Translations under genes and position numbers: made by a program
The notes under the pieces: model-generated
What the model saw: the letters and a program-made list of their open reading frames with translations, nothing else
Database searches by the model: none
Told to the model about the DNA's origin: nothing
Assembly: GCF_000025685.1 (NCBI RefSeq)
Contig: NC_013966.1
Coordinates: 30,001-62,000 of the forward strand
Length of the DNA: 32,000 nucleotides
Direction of reading: 5' to 3'
DNA from: Haloferax volcanii DS2
GTDB lineage: Archaea > Halobacteriota > Halobacteria > Halobacteriales > Haloferacaceae
Part shown: in pieces, positions 9,046 to 17,589 of the stretch
Position numbering within the stretch: the stretch's first letter is position 1
How the letters are laid out: every line of letters starts with the position of its first letter

Positions 9046-9957
9046 TCACCTAGTTTCAGAGATATCGCTATTATTCCGTGCTGAGAGTACGACGCTGTCT
9101 GCGTCGGCTCGCACGGTAGCGTTCGTCGAGCCGAAGATGAACCGGCGAAGGCGACTTTTCGTCGGGGCTCCAATAACCGTGAGTCCATAGTAGCGCGATT
9201 GGTCGATGATTGCCTTGGCGGTATCCGGTGCCTCAAGTACCCAGGTGGCAGTTGTTTCGGGGCGGGCGATCCGATGGGAGATGTCCTCAACGAGCGTCTC
9301 GGCCCGTTCTCGCTGGTGATCGGGTGCCTCCTCGTCAATGACGTGCAAGATGTCGATCCACGCATCATAGTCAGCAGCAATAGAGGTTGCCACGTCTGCA
9401 GCTAATCCCGAGTGAGGACCGCTAGCGATCGGGAGGAGAATCGACGCTGCCTTCGAGAATCCTGCCTGTCCGTTCACGACGATGACGTCAGCATCGGCGT
9501 GTGTCGCCAACTGTTCGGTCATCCTCTTACGAAGGCGGCTCGTTCCTGAGCTGCTCGGTACCAGCAGCGTATCGACATCACGTCGTCGGACTGCCTGGAG
9601 GACGCCCCGCACAACGTCCCAGGCGTACAGGAAGTCGCTCTCGACCTGCGGGAGTGACTCGTCGGTCTGTTCGAACACCCAGTCAAGGAGTGAGGCATTC
9701 TCGCAATCCGTGGCTTCGTGTCGGTACACGTTCGGTGCCTGCTCGGGGTCGGGAAACGGATTAATGACGGTCAGAGACGCGCCAGTGACACGGGCAAGCG
9801 TGGTTGCGACCTTGAGTTGGTCAGTCAAGACAGGCACTTCACGAGTAAGGAGCGGAACGAGGATCTGGTCGCCATCAAATCGCCCTGCGACCAGCGGTGT
9901 CTCGGCGGATGTCTGCCCTTCATCTACAGGACATCCCCCCGACGACTGAGAAGGCAT
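9046..9957 (-). CDS. tandem universal stress protein (UspA) domain protein
   Basis: Two USP-like halves are present. The C-terminal half carries GAPTKSRLRRFIFGSTNATVRADADSVVL, the USP ATP-binding-type motif. Confidence 0.8.
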   Translation of the reverse strand: MPSQSSGGCPVDEGQTSAETPLVAGRFDGDQILVPLLTREVPVLTDQLKVATTLARVTGASLTVINPFPDPEQAPNVYRHEATDCENASLLDWVFEQTDESLPQVESDFLYAWDVVRGVLQAVRRRDVDTLLVPSSSGTSRLRKRMTEQLATHADADVIVVNGQAGFSKAASILLPIASGPHSGLAADVATSIAADYDAWIDILHVIDEEAPDHQRERAETLVEDISHRIARPETTATWVLEAPDTAKAIIDQSRYYGLTVIGAPTKSRLRRFIFGSTNATVRADADSVVLSARNNSDISETR

Positions 9958-10247
9958 ATATACTCAACCAGGGCCATTCTACAAAAGTCAGACGTCGAAG
10001 TGTCAGAGGGCGAAGTTCGATTCTATCATCCGGTACCGTTCTCATCCCCACGTACCAACATTCTCCCGGTGCATCACTTGACCTCTATCTACCGATAGGT
10101 GACGCTATCCACCGCTGGTGCGTGAACGGTTATCTCCTGTAGACAGTCTATCTTTCTGCGAGGAGAGACTCCCGCCGTGTATACCCCGGAGGCGATCTCG
10201 CCGAGTCACCGAATCAGTGGGTCTCGATGCATCCAATGGAGATGTAG

Positions 10248-10484
10248 TCAGGTATAGGTCTGGTAGGCGATGAACGCAGCGACTGCGAGCGAGGCGACAC
10301 CAAGTCCACGGACAATCCATGTCCACTGGTCAGGGATGGTATCGTCAGTGCCGTAGTCACCGCGGCGACGACGGGTCGGGCCAACAAACACGGACAGCCG
10401 GAGAGCCGTACGCGGCGCGGCGAGCAACCCAATGCCTAACAGGACACCGAGGACGACCGCAAGGAGTTCACGGAGGCCGGGCAT
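10248..10484 (-). CDS. small membrane protein (2 TM), coupled to htpX
   Basis: Its start codon at 10482-10484 directly abuts the htpX stop at 10485-10487. There are two hydrophobic helices. Confidence 0.55.
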   Translation of the reverse strand: MPGLRELLAVVLGVLLGIGLLAAPRTALRLSVFVGPTRRRRGDYGTDDTIPDQWTWIVRGLGVASLAVAAFIAYQTYT

Positions 10485-11372
10485 CTACGAGCGAAGCCGT
10501 TCGATGCGCTTCTCCATCGGCGGGTGCGTAGAGACGATCCGCTGGAGGAAGCCACGGTCGGGACTAGAGATACAGAGCGCGCTCACCTGCTGGTCGACGT
10601 TCGCGTCGCGGCGCCGGTCGCGGCGAGCACGGCCGTGACTCCGCTGGGCAGTCCGGGCCGACTCGCGAGCCTGCTGGTTCCCCTGCTGGATTTTCTCGAG
10701 GGCGCGGGCGAGTGGGTCGCCGGAGTCGATGACACGTTTCGCATCGGCGTCGGCGACGTACTCGCGATACCGCGAGATAGCGAGCACGAAGATCATCACG
10801 AGGAACTGGACGATCTGGCCGACGACGATGGCGAGAAAGAAGTCCGCGAGATCATTATCGCCCGTAAAGAGCACGACGTACTGGGCGACGATGGCGACCA
10901 TCGAGGCGATGCCCTGCCCGAGCTGCATCGTGATGACGTCGCGGTTGTCGATGTGGGCGAGTTCGTGGGCGACGACGCCCTCGAGTTCGTCGCGGTCGAG
11001 CAGCTGGATGAGTTCCCGGGAAATAACGACGGTCCCGTTGCCGCGACGGCCAACCGCGAACGCGTTCGGCACGCCCATACTGGCGATCTTCAGCGACGGT
11101 TTCTTCATGTTCTTCTCGTCGCAGACCTGCTCGACGAACTGGTGGATCTGCGCGTACTGGGTCTCGGGGAGGTCCTCGGCACCGACGCTTCGTAAGGCAG
11201 CCCACTTCCCGATTTTGTACTGGAAGCCGACGAGGAGGAGACTGCCGACGATGGCGATCGGGAGGATTCCCTGGCCGAACACCACCATCGCGACAGCAAC
11301 AGCGACGAGATAGAACGCCGCGAGGATGGCACCGACGACGGCCATCCGGATCTTGAGTCCCAAATGTCTCAT
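10485..11372 (-). CDS. htpX: HtpX-type M48 zinc metalloprotease
   Basis: HELAHIDNRD (HExxH) lies after two N-terminal TMs, with further TMs following. The overall layout is that of HtpX. Confidence 0.9.
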   Translation of the reverse strand: MRHLGLKIRMAVVGAILAAFYLVAVAVAMVVFGQGILPIAIVGSLLLVGFQYKIGKWAALRSVGAEDLPETQYAQIHQFVEQVCDEKNMKKPSLKIASMGVPNAFAVGRRGNGTVVISRELIQLLDRDELEGVVAHELAHIDNRDVITMQLGQGIASMVAIVAQYVVLFTGDNDLADFFLAIVVGQIVQFLVMIFVLAISRYREYVADADAKRVIDSGDPLARALEKIQQGNQQARESARTAQRSHGRARRDRRRDANVDQQVSALCISSPDRGFLQRIVSTHPPMEKRIERLRS

Positions 11373-11391
11373 ACGGGGTGATTACAGAGTC

Positions 11392-11405
11392 GGGTTTATA
11401 AACCC
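11392..11405 (-). promoter_or_regulatory. palindromic TATA-like element upstream of htpX
   Basis: GGGTTTATAAACCC is a perfect 14-bp palindrome, 20-33 nt upstream of the htpX ATG at 11372. This position suits an archaeal TATA box for a leaderless or short-leader mRNA. Confidence 0.5.
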
Positions 11406-11598
11406 AGGTACTACAATCTAATCAGATCGTCAATTGCTACGTCAGTGAAGCCGCCACCACAGACCGTGCATTCGGGTAGGTGATCGGGAGCGGAGGGCCT
11501 TCTATGTGGACGGCTCCAAATTCGGACAGACTTCGAACTGTAACTCAATCATACACCCCAATCATTGACGCCGGACAATCTCTTTAAAAGAGCCGTTA

Positions 11599-12171
11599 TC
11601 ACAGCACAGAAATGACACCCCCAAAGAGGGAGAGCGTCACGACGAGTCGTCCCAGGCTCCCCACAAATGTGGCGAGTGCGAACTTCAGATAGTCTTCTTC
11701 GAGAATGGCGAACGCATAAATTGAGAGTGTATCCGGAAAGAACGGGACACACAGTGCGAGAGCCAAGCCACTATATCCATATCGTCGAGCGAGCGAAACA
11801 GTCCGTCGTTCGGACCATTCGATGACATCGAACCGAGACCGACGTAACCACCGAACGATCGGACCAGCCTGTTTTGCCTCCTGGCCGAGATGGAAGGCCA
11901 CCAGACTCCCAACGGCTTTCCCCGTTGCACTGACGCCCATAATAAGGCCAAGATGCCCCCAGAGCGGAACCCCGAGATCGAGCGGAGCAGCAAGCACAAC
12001 CTCACTCGGGCCGGGAAGCACGAACGCGATCAAAAACGAGTAAACAAAGATGATTCCTAGACCGGGCCAGCCAGTCGCGCCATCAACTGCGGTATGCCCG
12101 TACTCGAGAAGTCCGGTTGTGAGATCACTAGACACAAACTCAAAGACACGGGAATTGACAGATAGAGGCAT
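11599..12171 (-). CDS. DedA/VTT-family membrane protein
   Basis: 190 aa and polytopic. The N-terminal FVLPGPSEVVL segment and the overall size and topology resemble DedA (SNARE-associated) proteins. Confidence 0.6.
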   Translation of the reverse strand: MPLSVNSRVFEFVSSDLTTGLLEYGHTAVDGATGWPGLGIIFVYSFLIAFVLPGPSEVVLAAPLDLGVPLWGHLGLIMGVSATGKAVGSLVAFHLGQEAKQAGPIVRWLRRSRFDVIEWSERRTVSLARRYGYSGLALALCVPFFPDTLSIYAFAILEEDYLKFALATFVGSLGRLVVTLSLFGGVISVL

Positions 12172-12423
12172 TTACTAATATATGTTCTTGCTGCAGAAGT
12201 TGCTATAGGTTTTTGGATGCATCTGGTTGGCACCGGGTGAATCATCCGCGTGGGCGAACAAGCAATCGGTGATAGTATGGAGGATTGTTCGACAGGTGGG
12301 GATATCCCCCGAATAACCGCCGAGTAACTCATGTATATACGAACACCGAGAAGTGACGCTGAAACGATATCCGTCGTGGGAACGCCTTAGAAAACACTTC
12401 CCGTATGGGCCCGTATTGAGAGT

Positions 12424-13293
12424 ATGTACGAAAATATCCTGTTCCCCGTCGACGACAGCGAGGACAGTAGTGAGATTCTACACCATGTCGGGGAACTCGC
12501 GAACTGGGCGGACGCAACGATCCACCTCTTGTTCGTCGCAGATACGACGCGCGACAGCGTCACCGTCGTCGAAAACACGGTGGTCGATGCGCTCGTCCAG
12601 GAAGGCGAAGGCATCGTCGAGGATGCAAGCAAGACCTTGTCGACCCTTGGGGTCGAGTACGAAACTGACGTCGTGCAGGGGAATCCAGCCCCCACAATTG
12701 TCGAGTACGCTGATCGGTACGGGCACGATCTAATCGCGATGTCAACCCACGGGCGAAGGGGGGTGTCACGGTATCTTCAGGGCAGTGTCAGCGAGAAAGT
12801 CGTCCGTCTCTCTTCGGTCCCTGTTCTCACCGCGAGAATGCAACCCGACGAGCAGCTGGTATTCCCCTACGAAAATGTGCTCATCACAACGGATGGCAGT
12901 GCTGGTGCAACCCGGGCAGCGCAACATGGCTTGGCGCTCGCGGAGTCGCTTGGGGCGACCGTCCACGTCCTCTCTGTCGTTGACGACGCGTCGCTCAGTC
13001 TCGATATCCGGTCAACTATCTCTGGACAAGAGCACGAACAGGCAGCAACGGAAGCCGCCAAGGAGATCATCGAAGATGCGGAGACATATGGCGTTACTGA
13101 TACGGTACAACATATCGAACAGGGAGATCCAGCGGATGTAATTCTCAACTGTATCGACGCCAATGACATCCACGTTGTCGTGATGGGGACGACGGGGAGG
13201 CGCGGTACGGATCGGATCCTCCTCGGCAGCGTCGCCGAAAAGACGGTCCGGTCGGCACCAGTGCCCGTGCTCACGATCGGTGGAGTAGAGTAG
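12424..13293 (+). CDS. tandem universal stress protein (UspA) domain protein
   Basis: Two USP domains, each ending in a G-x2-G-x9-G(S/T) type motif (MSTHGRRGVSRYLQGSVSEKVVR; MGTTGRRGTDRILLGSVAEKTVR). Confidence 0.9.
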   Translation: MYENILFPVDDSEDSSEILHHVGELANWADATIHLLFVADTTRDSVTVVENTVVDALVQEGEGIVEDASKTLSTLGVEYETDVVQGNPAPTIVEYADRYGHDLIAMSTHGRRGVSRYLQGSVSEKVVRLSSVPVLTARMQPDEQLVFPYENVLITTDGSAGATRAAQHGLALAESLGATVHVLSVVDDASLSLDIRSTISGQEHEQAATEAAKEIIEDAETYGVTDTVQHIEQGDPADVILNCIDANDIHVVVMGTTGRRGTDRILLGSVAEKTVRSAPVPVLTIGGVE

Positions 13294-13401
13294 TACGTCG
13301 ACACGACTTCGCAACAACAACGAAGGTCCTCCCCAGTGGCCGTATGAGCCAGTTCGATTGGATCGGTGCATTCGAGCGTCGAGACAGCTGGAGTCTGTGC
13401 C

Positions 13402-13689
13402 TCACTCGATCTCTAACGGACCGTTCCCACCGCCACCGTCACTACCGTCTTCATCCCATTCGAGTTCGAATTCGATACTCAATTCACCGGGCCCGTTCGC
13501 CGGGCCCTCGCGTTCGGCTTTGACCTCGAACGTCGGACGAGCGGGCGGCTCTAGCGTCACGGATTCGCTCCCCGCTTTCAGCGTAATCGCGTCTCCGTTT
13601 TCGAGATTGTCCGCGACTCTCCGCAGCAGTGCAGCAATTTCTTCTCGGGACTGGCCGCTCTCGGATTTGAACAAGACTTCTTCGGGCAT
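13402..13689 (-). CDS. amphi-Trp domain-containing protein
   Basis: SREEIAALLRRVADNLENGDAITL...FEVKAERE...ELSIEFELEWDE matches my memory of the small amphi-Trp family. Confidence 0.55.
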   Translation of the reverse strand: MPEEVLFKSESGQSREEIAALLRRVADNLENGDAITLKAGSESVTLEPPARPTFEVKAEREGPANGPGELSIEFELEWDEDGSDGGGGNGPLEIE

Positions 13690-13830
13690 ACAATATCGGA
13701 TAGGCTCGGAGGCCGCATAAGTGACCCTCTAGCTCGACGTTCTGTCTCCGAGAATCTCTGGTATCCTGCTAATTGTTCGAGAACTCGTGGAGTAGTCATA
13801 GCCGGACTGGCCAGTCTCCGCTTTTGAGTG

Positions 13831-13848
13831 CGGTCACTAGAGTGACCG
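13831..13848. promoter_or_regulatory. perfect 18-bp palindrome in a divergent intergenic region
   Basis: CGGTCACT-AG-AGTGACCG. A second palindrome, GACTGGCCAGTC, lies at 13805-13816. Both sit between the divergent amphi-Trp and CNNM genes. Confidence 0.35.
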
Positions 13849-13971
13849 GTATCCCACCGTGTGGCAGACGCGTGTTCGGTGGATAAGCGGACGAGTAGCG
13901 GTTGTGGGGGCAGTCGTGTTACGTGACGCTGTATCCATCGTCTAAAAGTCCCCCGGAGGATAATCGGGCAT

Positions 13972-15318
13972 ATGGTAGACTTGATTTCCGTCGGCGGGTT
14001 GCTTCTCGCGTTCTTTCTCGTCGTCATGAACGGCGTGTTCGTGGCCGCTGAGTTCGCATTCGTGAAACTCCGGCCGACTCGAGTGAACACACTCGTCGAC
14101 CGCGGGAAGCCCGGTGCGGGGCTGGTGCAGGATGCCATCGAGAATCTGGATGGCTATCTCGCAGTCAGTCAGCTCGGGATTACGCTCTCCTCACTGGGTC
14201 TCGGGTGGATCGGCGAACCGGCTGTGGCAGCACTTATCGAACCAATTCTCGGTGAACTCCTACCCGCAGGAGCGATTCATCTCGTCGCCTTCGCGCTGGG
14301 ATTCGGCTTCATCACGTTCCTCCACGTCGTGTTCGGCGAGCTCGCGCCCAAGACGTTCGCCATTCAGGAGGCTGAACGGGTTGCGTTCCTCGTCGCCCCC
14401 CTCATGAAGTTCTTCTATTACGTGTTCATCCCGGGTATCATCGTCTTCAACGGCACTGCAAACTACTTCACCAGCCTGTTTGGCGTCTCGCCAGCGGCAG
14501 AAGGTGAAGAGACTCACTCCGAAGAAGAAATTCTGATGATTCTCACTCGCTCCGAAGAGACTGGAGAAATCGACCTTGACGAGGTCGAGATGATTGAGAG
14601 TGTCTTCGAACTCGGCGACACGATCGCCCGCGAAATCATGGTTCCACGTCCCGACGTGGAAACCGTCTCTGCGTCGATGACGCTCCCGGAACTCCGGTCT
14701 GTTGCCGCCAGCGGAACATACACGCGGTATATCGTGCTTGACGAGGACGGGGAGCAGCCGATCGGATTCGTCCACGCGAAGGACATCCTGAAGGCGAGTG
14801 AAACCGAAACCGATCACGGCGACCCAATCACTGCACATGACATCGCACGCGACGTCCTCGTCGTGCCGGAAACGCGTCGGATCGACGCGATTCTCGCCGA
14901 GTTTCAGACGCACGGTGGGGGGCAGATCGCCGTCGTTATCGACGAATGGGGCGTCTTTGAGGGGATTGTCACGATCGAAGACATTCTCGAAGAGATCGTC
15001 GGCGATATTCGAGGCGAATTCGACACAGCACCGCAGGGCCCTACTATCGAGGAACGAGACGACGGTACGTACGTCGTTGACGGCGGCGTGCCAGTCCGGG
15101 AAGTGAACGAACGGCTCGGCGTCGAGTTCGAGGCCGATGAGGTCGAGACGATCGGTGGGTTCGTCTTTAGCCGACTCGGGCGAGAACCCGAGATAGCTGA
15201 TGAGATCGAGCAAAATGGGTATGTCCTTCGCGTCGACTCCATCGACAACGCGAGAATCGAACGGCTCGTGATCCAACCTCCAGAACGATCTCAGAAACAG
15301 ACCACTGAAGAGGACTAG
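13972..15318 (+). CDS. CNNM/DUF21 + CBS pair + CorC_HlyC domain protein ('hemolysin family', putative Mg/Co efflux-type)
   Basis: N-terminal DUF21 TM domain (FVAAEFAFVKLRP, GELAPKT), CBS region (IMVPRPDV...) and a C-terminal CorC/HlyC-like domain (YVVDGGVPVREVNERLG...GGFVFSRLGREPE). Confidence 0.85.
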   Translation: MVDLISVGGLLLAFFLVVMNGVFVAAEFAFVKLRPTRVNTLVDRGKPGAGLVQDAIENLDGYLAVSQLGITLSSLGLGWIGEPAVAALIEPILGELLPAGAIHLVAFALGFGFITFLHVVFGELAPKTFAIQEAERVAFLVAPLMKFFYYVFIPGIIVFNGTANYFTSLFGVSPAAEGEETHSEEEILMILTRSEETGEIDLDEVEMIESVFELGDTIAREIMVPRPDVETVSASMTLPELRSVAASGTYTRYIVLDEDGEQPIGFVHAKDILKASETETDHGDPITAHDIARDVLVVPETRRIDAILAEFQTHGGGQIAVVIDEWGVFEGIVTIEDILEEIVGDIRGEFDTAPQGPTIEERDDGTYVVDGGVPVREVNERLGVEFEADEVETIGGFVFSRLGREPEIADEIEQNGYVLRVDSIDNARIERLVIQPPERSQKQTTEED

Positions 15319-15330
15319 TCCTCACGCGGT

Positions 15331-15365
15331 GTTGTTTGTATCCGGGCAAAGAGAGTGACCCGGAT
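15331..15365 (+). promoter_or_regulatory. intergenic T-rich / hairpin cassette, variant copy 3
   Basis: gTTGTTTGt is followed by a perfect 7-bp stem, ATCCGGG (15340-15346) / CCCGGAT (15359-15365), with loop caaagagagtga. The cassette begins about 13 nt after the stop at 15318, and the next ATG is at 15386. Confidence 0.45.
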
Positions 15366-15385
15366 GAACCAGGTCTGCTCTAACA

Positions 15386-15781
15386 ATGACCCGCGAAGTA
15401 ATCGACCGACACAGCGAAGCACTGTTCGAGTTCCTCTGGTGTCCCGTCTGTGGGCACGAGGTGTTCAGCCACATCCCCTTCGAGGGGGTGTTCTGCAAGA
15501 ACTGCAACACGCAGGTTGAACTCCAAGAATCACATGAGGATCGTGGCTACGAGGAAGCCGTCCTCGCGTGCTTCGATACCGACACGACCTGGAATCTCCA
15601 CGTCGACGAAAAACTTCGTCGTGACCTGCCTGACGGGTCGGCTCGGGTGAAGATTCTCGGCGCACCGGGTGCCTACGAGATCGACTGGTGGAGTCCCGAA
15701 CCCGGCGACGGCTGGGAGCCGGTCGAGCGCGGTGAATTCGCTGACATCGAAGAACCTGCCGACGTGTCTCACTTGGCGTAA
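15386..15781 (+). CDS. hypothetical zinc-ribbon protein
   Basis: CPVCGH...CKNCN near the N-terminus, with an acidic C-terminus. It is the first gene after the cellular-type block. Confidence 0.65.
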   Translation: MTREVIDRHSEALFEFLWCPVCGHEVFSHIPFEGVFCKNCNTQVELQESHEDRGYEEAVLACFDTDTTWNLHVDEKLRRDLPDGSARVKILGAPGAYEIDWWSPEPGDGWEPVERGEFADIEEPADVSHLA

Positions 15782-15801
15782 GGAGAGGCGTTCGTTGGGG
15801 A

Positions 15802-15854
15802 GTTTTTCCACCCCCTGAAGGGTGTAGGGGTGTTCGAACGAGCCCCCCTCGAAC
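15802..15854 (+). promoter_or_regulatory. intergenic T-tract / hairpin cassette, copy 4
   Basis: gTTTTTC-CACCCC(15809-15814)-ctgaagggtgta-GGGGTG(15827-15832), followed by GTTCGA...TCGAAC (15832-15854). The T-tract starts 22 nt after the stop at 15781, and the next ATG is at 15861. Confidence 0.55.
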
Positions 15855-15860
15855 AGAACT

Positions 15861-16265
15861 ATGAGTGGAATTAGTGATCCACAGCCGATCGAACAGTCAC
15901 GGCCTTCGGATGATTCCGACGTCGTCTATGTCGGCTACCGTCGTCGAGGCCGCGCCATCGTCGAGAAACAGCCCGACCAAGAACAGCTGACGCCGGAGCG
16001 GACTCTCGAGTTGGCCAATCACAGTCCGAGCGGATTCAGCTGGGGATACGCTGGCAGCGGGCCGGCCCAGCTCGCGCTCGCGCTCCTCCTCGACTACACT
16101 GACGACGAGGACGTCGCCCTCGAGGAGTACATGGAATTCAAGACCAAGGTCGTGAGCCAGCTAGAGTGTACAGAACCAGACGGCTGCTGGCGACTCACCG
16201 GGCGTGAGATCGATACAGCCCTTCGTGAGACAGTCGGTGAACCAGTCGCACCGTCCGTCAACTAA
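15861..16265 (+). CDS. hypothetical protein, paralog A of a conserved about 90-aa domain
   Basis: It shares LEL..S.(P)GF.WG..GSG.AQLA..LLLDYTDDE.VA..Y..F...VVSQLEC..P..CW.LTG..I..AL with the 16903-17589 product. Confidence 0.75.
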   Translation: MSGISDPQPIEQSRPSDDSDVVYVGYRRRGRAIVEKQPDQEQLTPERTLELANHSPSGFSWGYAGSGPAQLALALLLDYTDDEDVALEEYMEFKTKVVSQLECTEPDGCWRLTGREIDTALRETVGEPVAPSVN

Positions 16266-16284
16266 CGTTCACAGAGAGCAATCC

Positions 16285-16563
16285 ATGTCAGAACCCACCC
16301 AACAGTCCCGTACGAACGCAGAATCGACCGACAACAGTGCGCGACAGACGCCGACTGAATACGTCGAGCGAAGCGATGTCGGCGTCTCACTCACCGTGAA
16401 GCTCACTCGCGGTACTGGCACCCGCGATCAGGACAAGCTCACGGCCAAAGTGAAGGCGAAAACGCTCGAAGAGGCCCGCGAGGACATGGAGACGCTTCGG
16501 GAGTACATCCACGACCTCGCCGAGGACGCCCGGCAGATCCAACCGGGGGAAGACGACGAGTAG
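16285..16563 (+). CDS. hypothetical small acidic protein
   Basis: An internal ATG at 16285 was chosen because the upstream part of the 16204 ORF overlaps the previous gene. The sequence is MSEPTQQSRT...DMETLREYIHDLAEDARQ. Confidence 0.6.
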   Translation: MSEPTQQSRTNAESTDNSARQTPTEYVERSDVGVSLTVKLTRGTGTRDQDKLTAKVKAKTLEEAREDMETLREYIHDLAEDARQIQPGEDDE

Positions 16564-16575
16564 CGAGCAGGTGCG

Positions 16576-16606
16576 GTCTATTTCGCCTCCCTAAGAGCGG
16601 AGGCGA
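16576..16606 (+). promoter_or_regulatory. intergenic T-rich / hairpin cassette, variant copy 5
   Basis: ctaTT is followed by a perfect 8-bp stem, TCGCCTCC (16583-16590) / GGAGGCGA (16599-16606), with loop ctaagagc. The cassette begins 15 nt after the stop at 16563, and a GTG start lies at 16613. Confidence 0.45.
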
Positions 16607-16612
16607 TCATCA

Positions 16613-16831
16613 GTGAGCGACACAGAAGAGCAAGAACGAGATTCGAACGAACTGTCGCCAGCACAGCGACTCGAACCGCCAAACTCGCGACTCATCAACG
16701 CGGGGGTCGTGACGATCCACGATATGGAGACGCTCCGGGAATGCGTCGCCTACGAGAACGCAAATCAACAGCGTGTCCGGATTCTTCGCCAGCTCAAACA
16801 GCAGGCCGACGAAATCCGTTCAACAGACTGA
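16613..16831 (+). CDS. hypothetical small protein (GTG start)
   Basis: 72 codons starting at GTG. It is acidic and helical (..IHDMETLRECVAYENANQQRVRILRQLKQQ..). Confidence 0.55.
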   Translation: MSDTEEQERDSNELSPAQRLEPPNSRLINAGVVTIHDMETLRECVAYENANQQRVRILRQLKQQADEIRSTD

Positions 16832-16850
16832 ATCACTGCTCGTGGAGGCT

Positions 16851-16900
16851 GTTTTTCACCCCCGGTAGGGGTGCGGGGGGTTCGACCTCCCGCGTTCGAC
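16851..16900 (+). promoter_or_regulatory. intergenic T-tract / hairpin cassette, copy 6
   Basis: gTTTTT-CACCCC(16857-16862)-cggta-GGGGTG(16868-16873)-cggggg, followed by a direct GTTCGAC x2. The T-tract starts 21 nt after the stop at 16831, and the next ATG is at 16903. Confidence 0.55.
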
Positions 16901-16902
16901 AC

Positions 16903-17589
16903 ATGAAGACGGATTCTACCGACGATCCCAGAACAGACGTACAGACTGCGAGCGACCCTTGCCAGACGAACAGAGACCACATCGAGTATGTGGGGATGCG
17001 CGTCGACGACAGACCGGTCGTACTCAACCTCACCGAACACGAGCGACTCGCCCCCGATCGAAGCCTCGAACTCGTACGACAGAGTAGGCCGGGGTTCGAG
17101 TGGGGCGACACTGGCAGCGGTTCGGCACAGCTCGCCTGTGGACTCCTCCTCGATTACACCGACGACGAAGCCGTCGCCTCCCAGCACTACATCCAGTTTC
17201 GCGATGACGTGGTGAGCCAACTGGAGTGCAGTGGACCAGCCAATTGCTGGCATCTCACCGGCGACGATATCGAAGCCGCACTCGCGGGCGTCACCAAGCA
17301 CGAAGCACTCACGCCGGATGGTGGAACGCCAACCCCGTCACTTCCAGTAAACTGGAGTGCCGTGAATCGGTCAGAACGGACAGTCTTCCAGCGGCGAGAC
17401 ATCGACCACTACGTCGTCCTCGGTGAAGGGACCGAGGAGTGGCTGCTCCTGCTCTGTGCGCAGGGCGACCGTGCGTATCCCGCTCCCCTCGACATACGAA
17501 CAGTTCCGATTGAGGAGGATCCTGCTCCCGCCGTGCGGGAACTCGTTGTCGAGAGCAACGACCTCGTCGAGCCGGAGGAGGATGTGTGA
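16903..17589 (+). CDS. hypothetical protein, paralog B (conserved domain plus C-terminal extension)
   Basis: ATG 16903 was chosen because the 16741 start would run through the previous gene and the cassette. The domain is shared with 15861-16265, followed by a 110-aa extension. Confidence 0.75.
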   Translation: MKTDSTDDPRTDVQTASDPCQTNRDHIEYVGMRVDDRPVVLNLTEHERLAPDRSLELVRQSRPGFEWGDTGSGSAQLACGLLLDYTDDEAVASQHYIQFRDDVVSQLECSGPANCWHLTGDDIEAALAGVTKHEALTPDGGTPTPSLPVNWSAVNRSERTVFQRRDIDHYVVLGEGTEEWLLLLCAQGDRAYPAPLDIRTVPIEEDPAPAVRELVVESNDLVEPEEDV

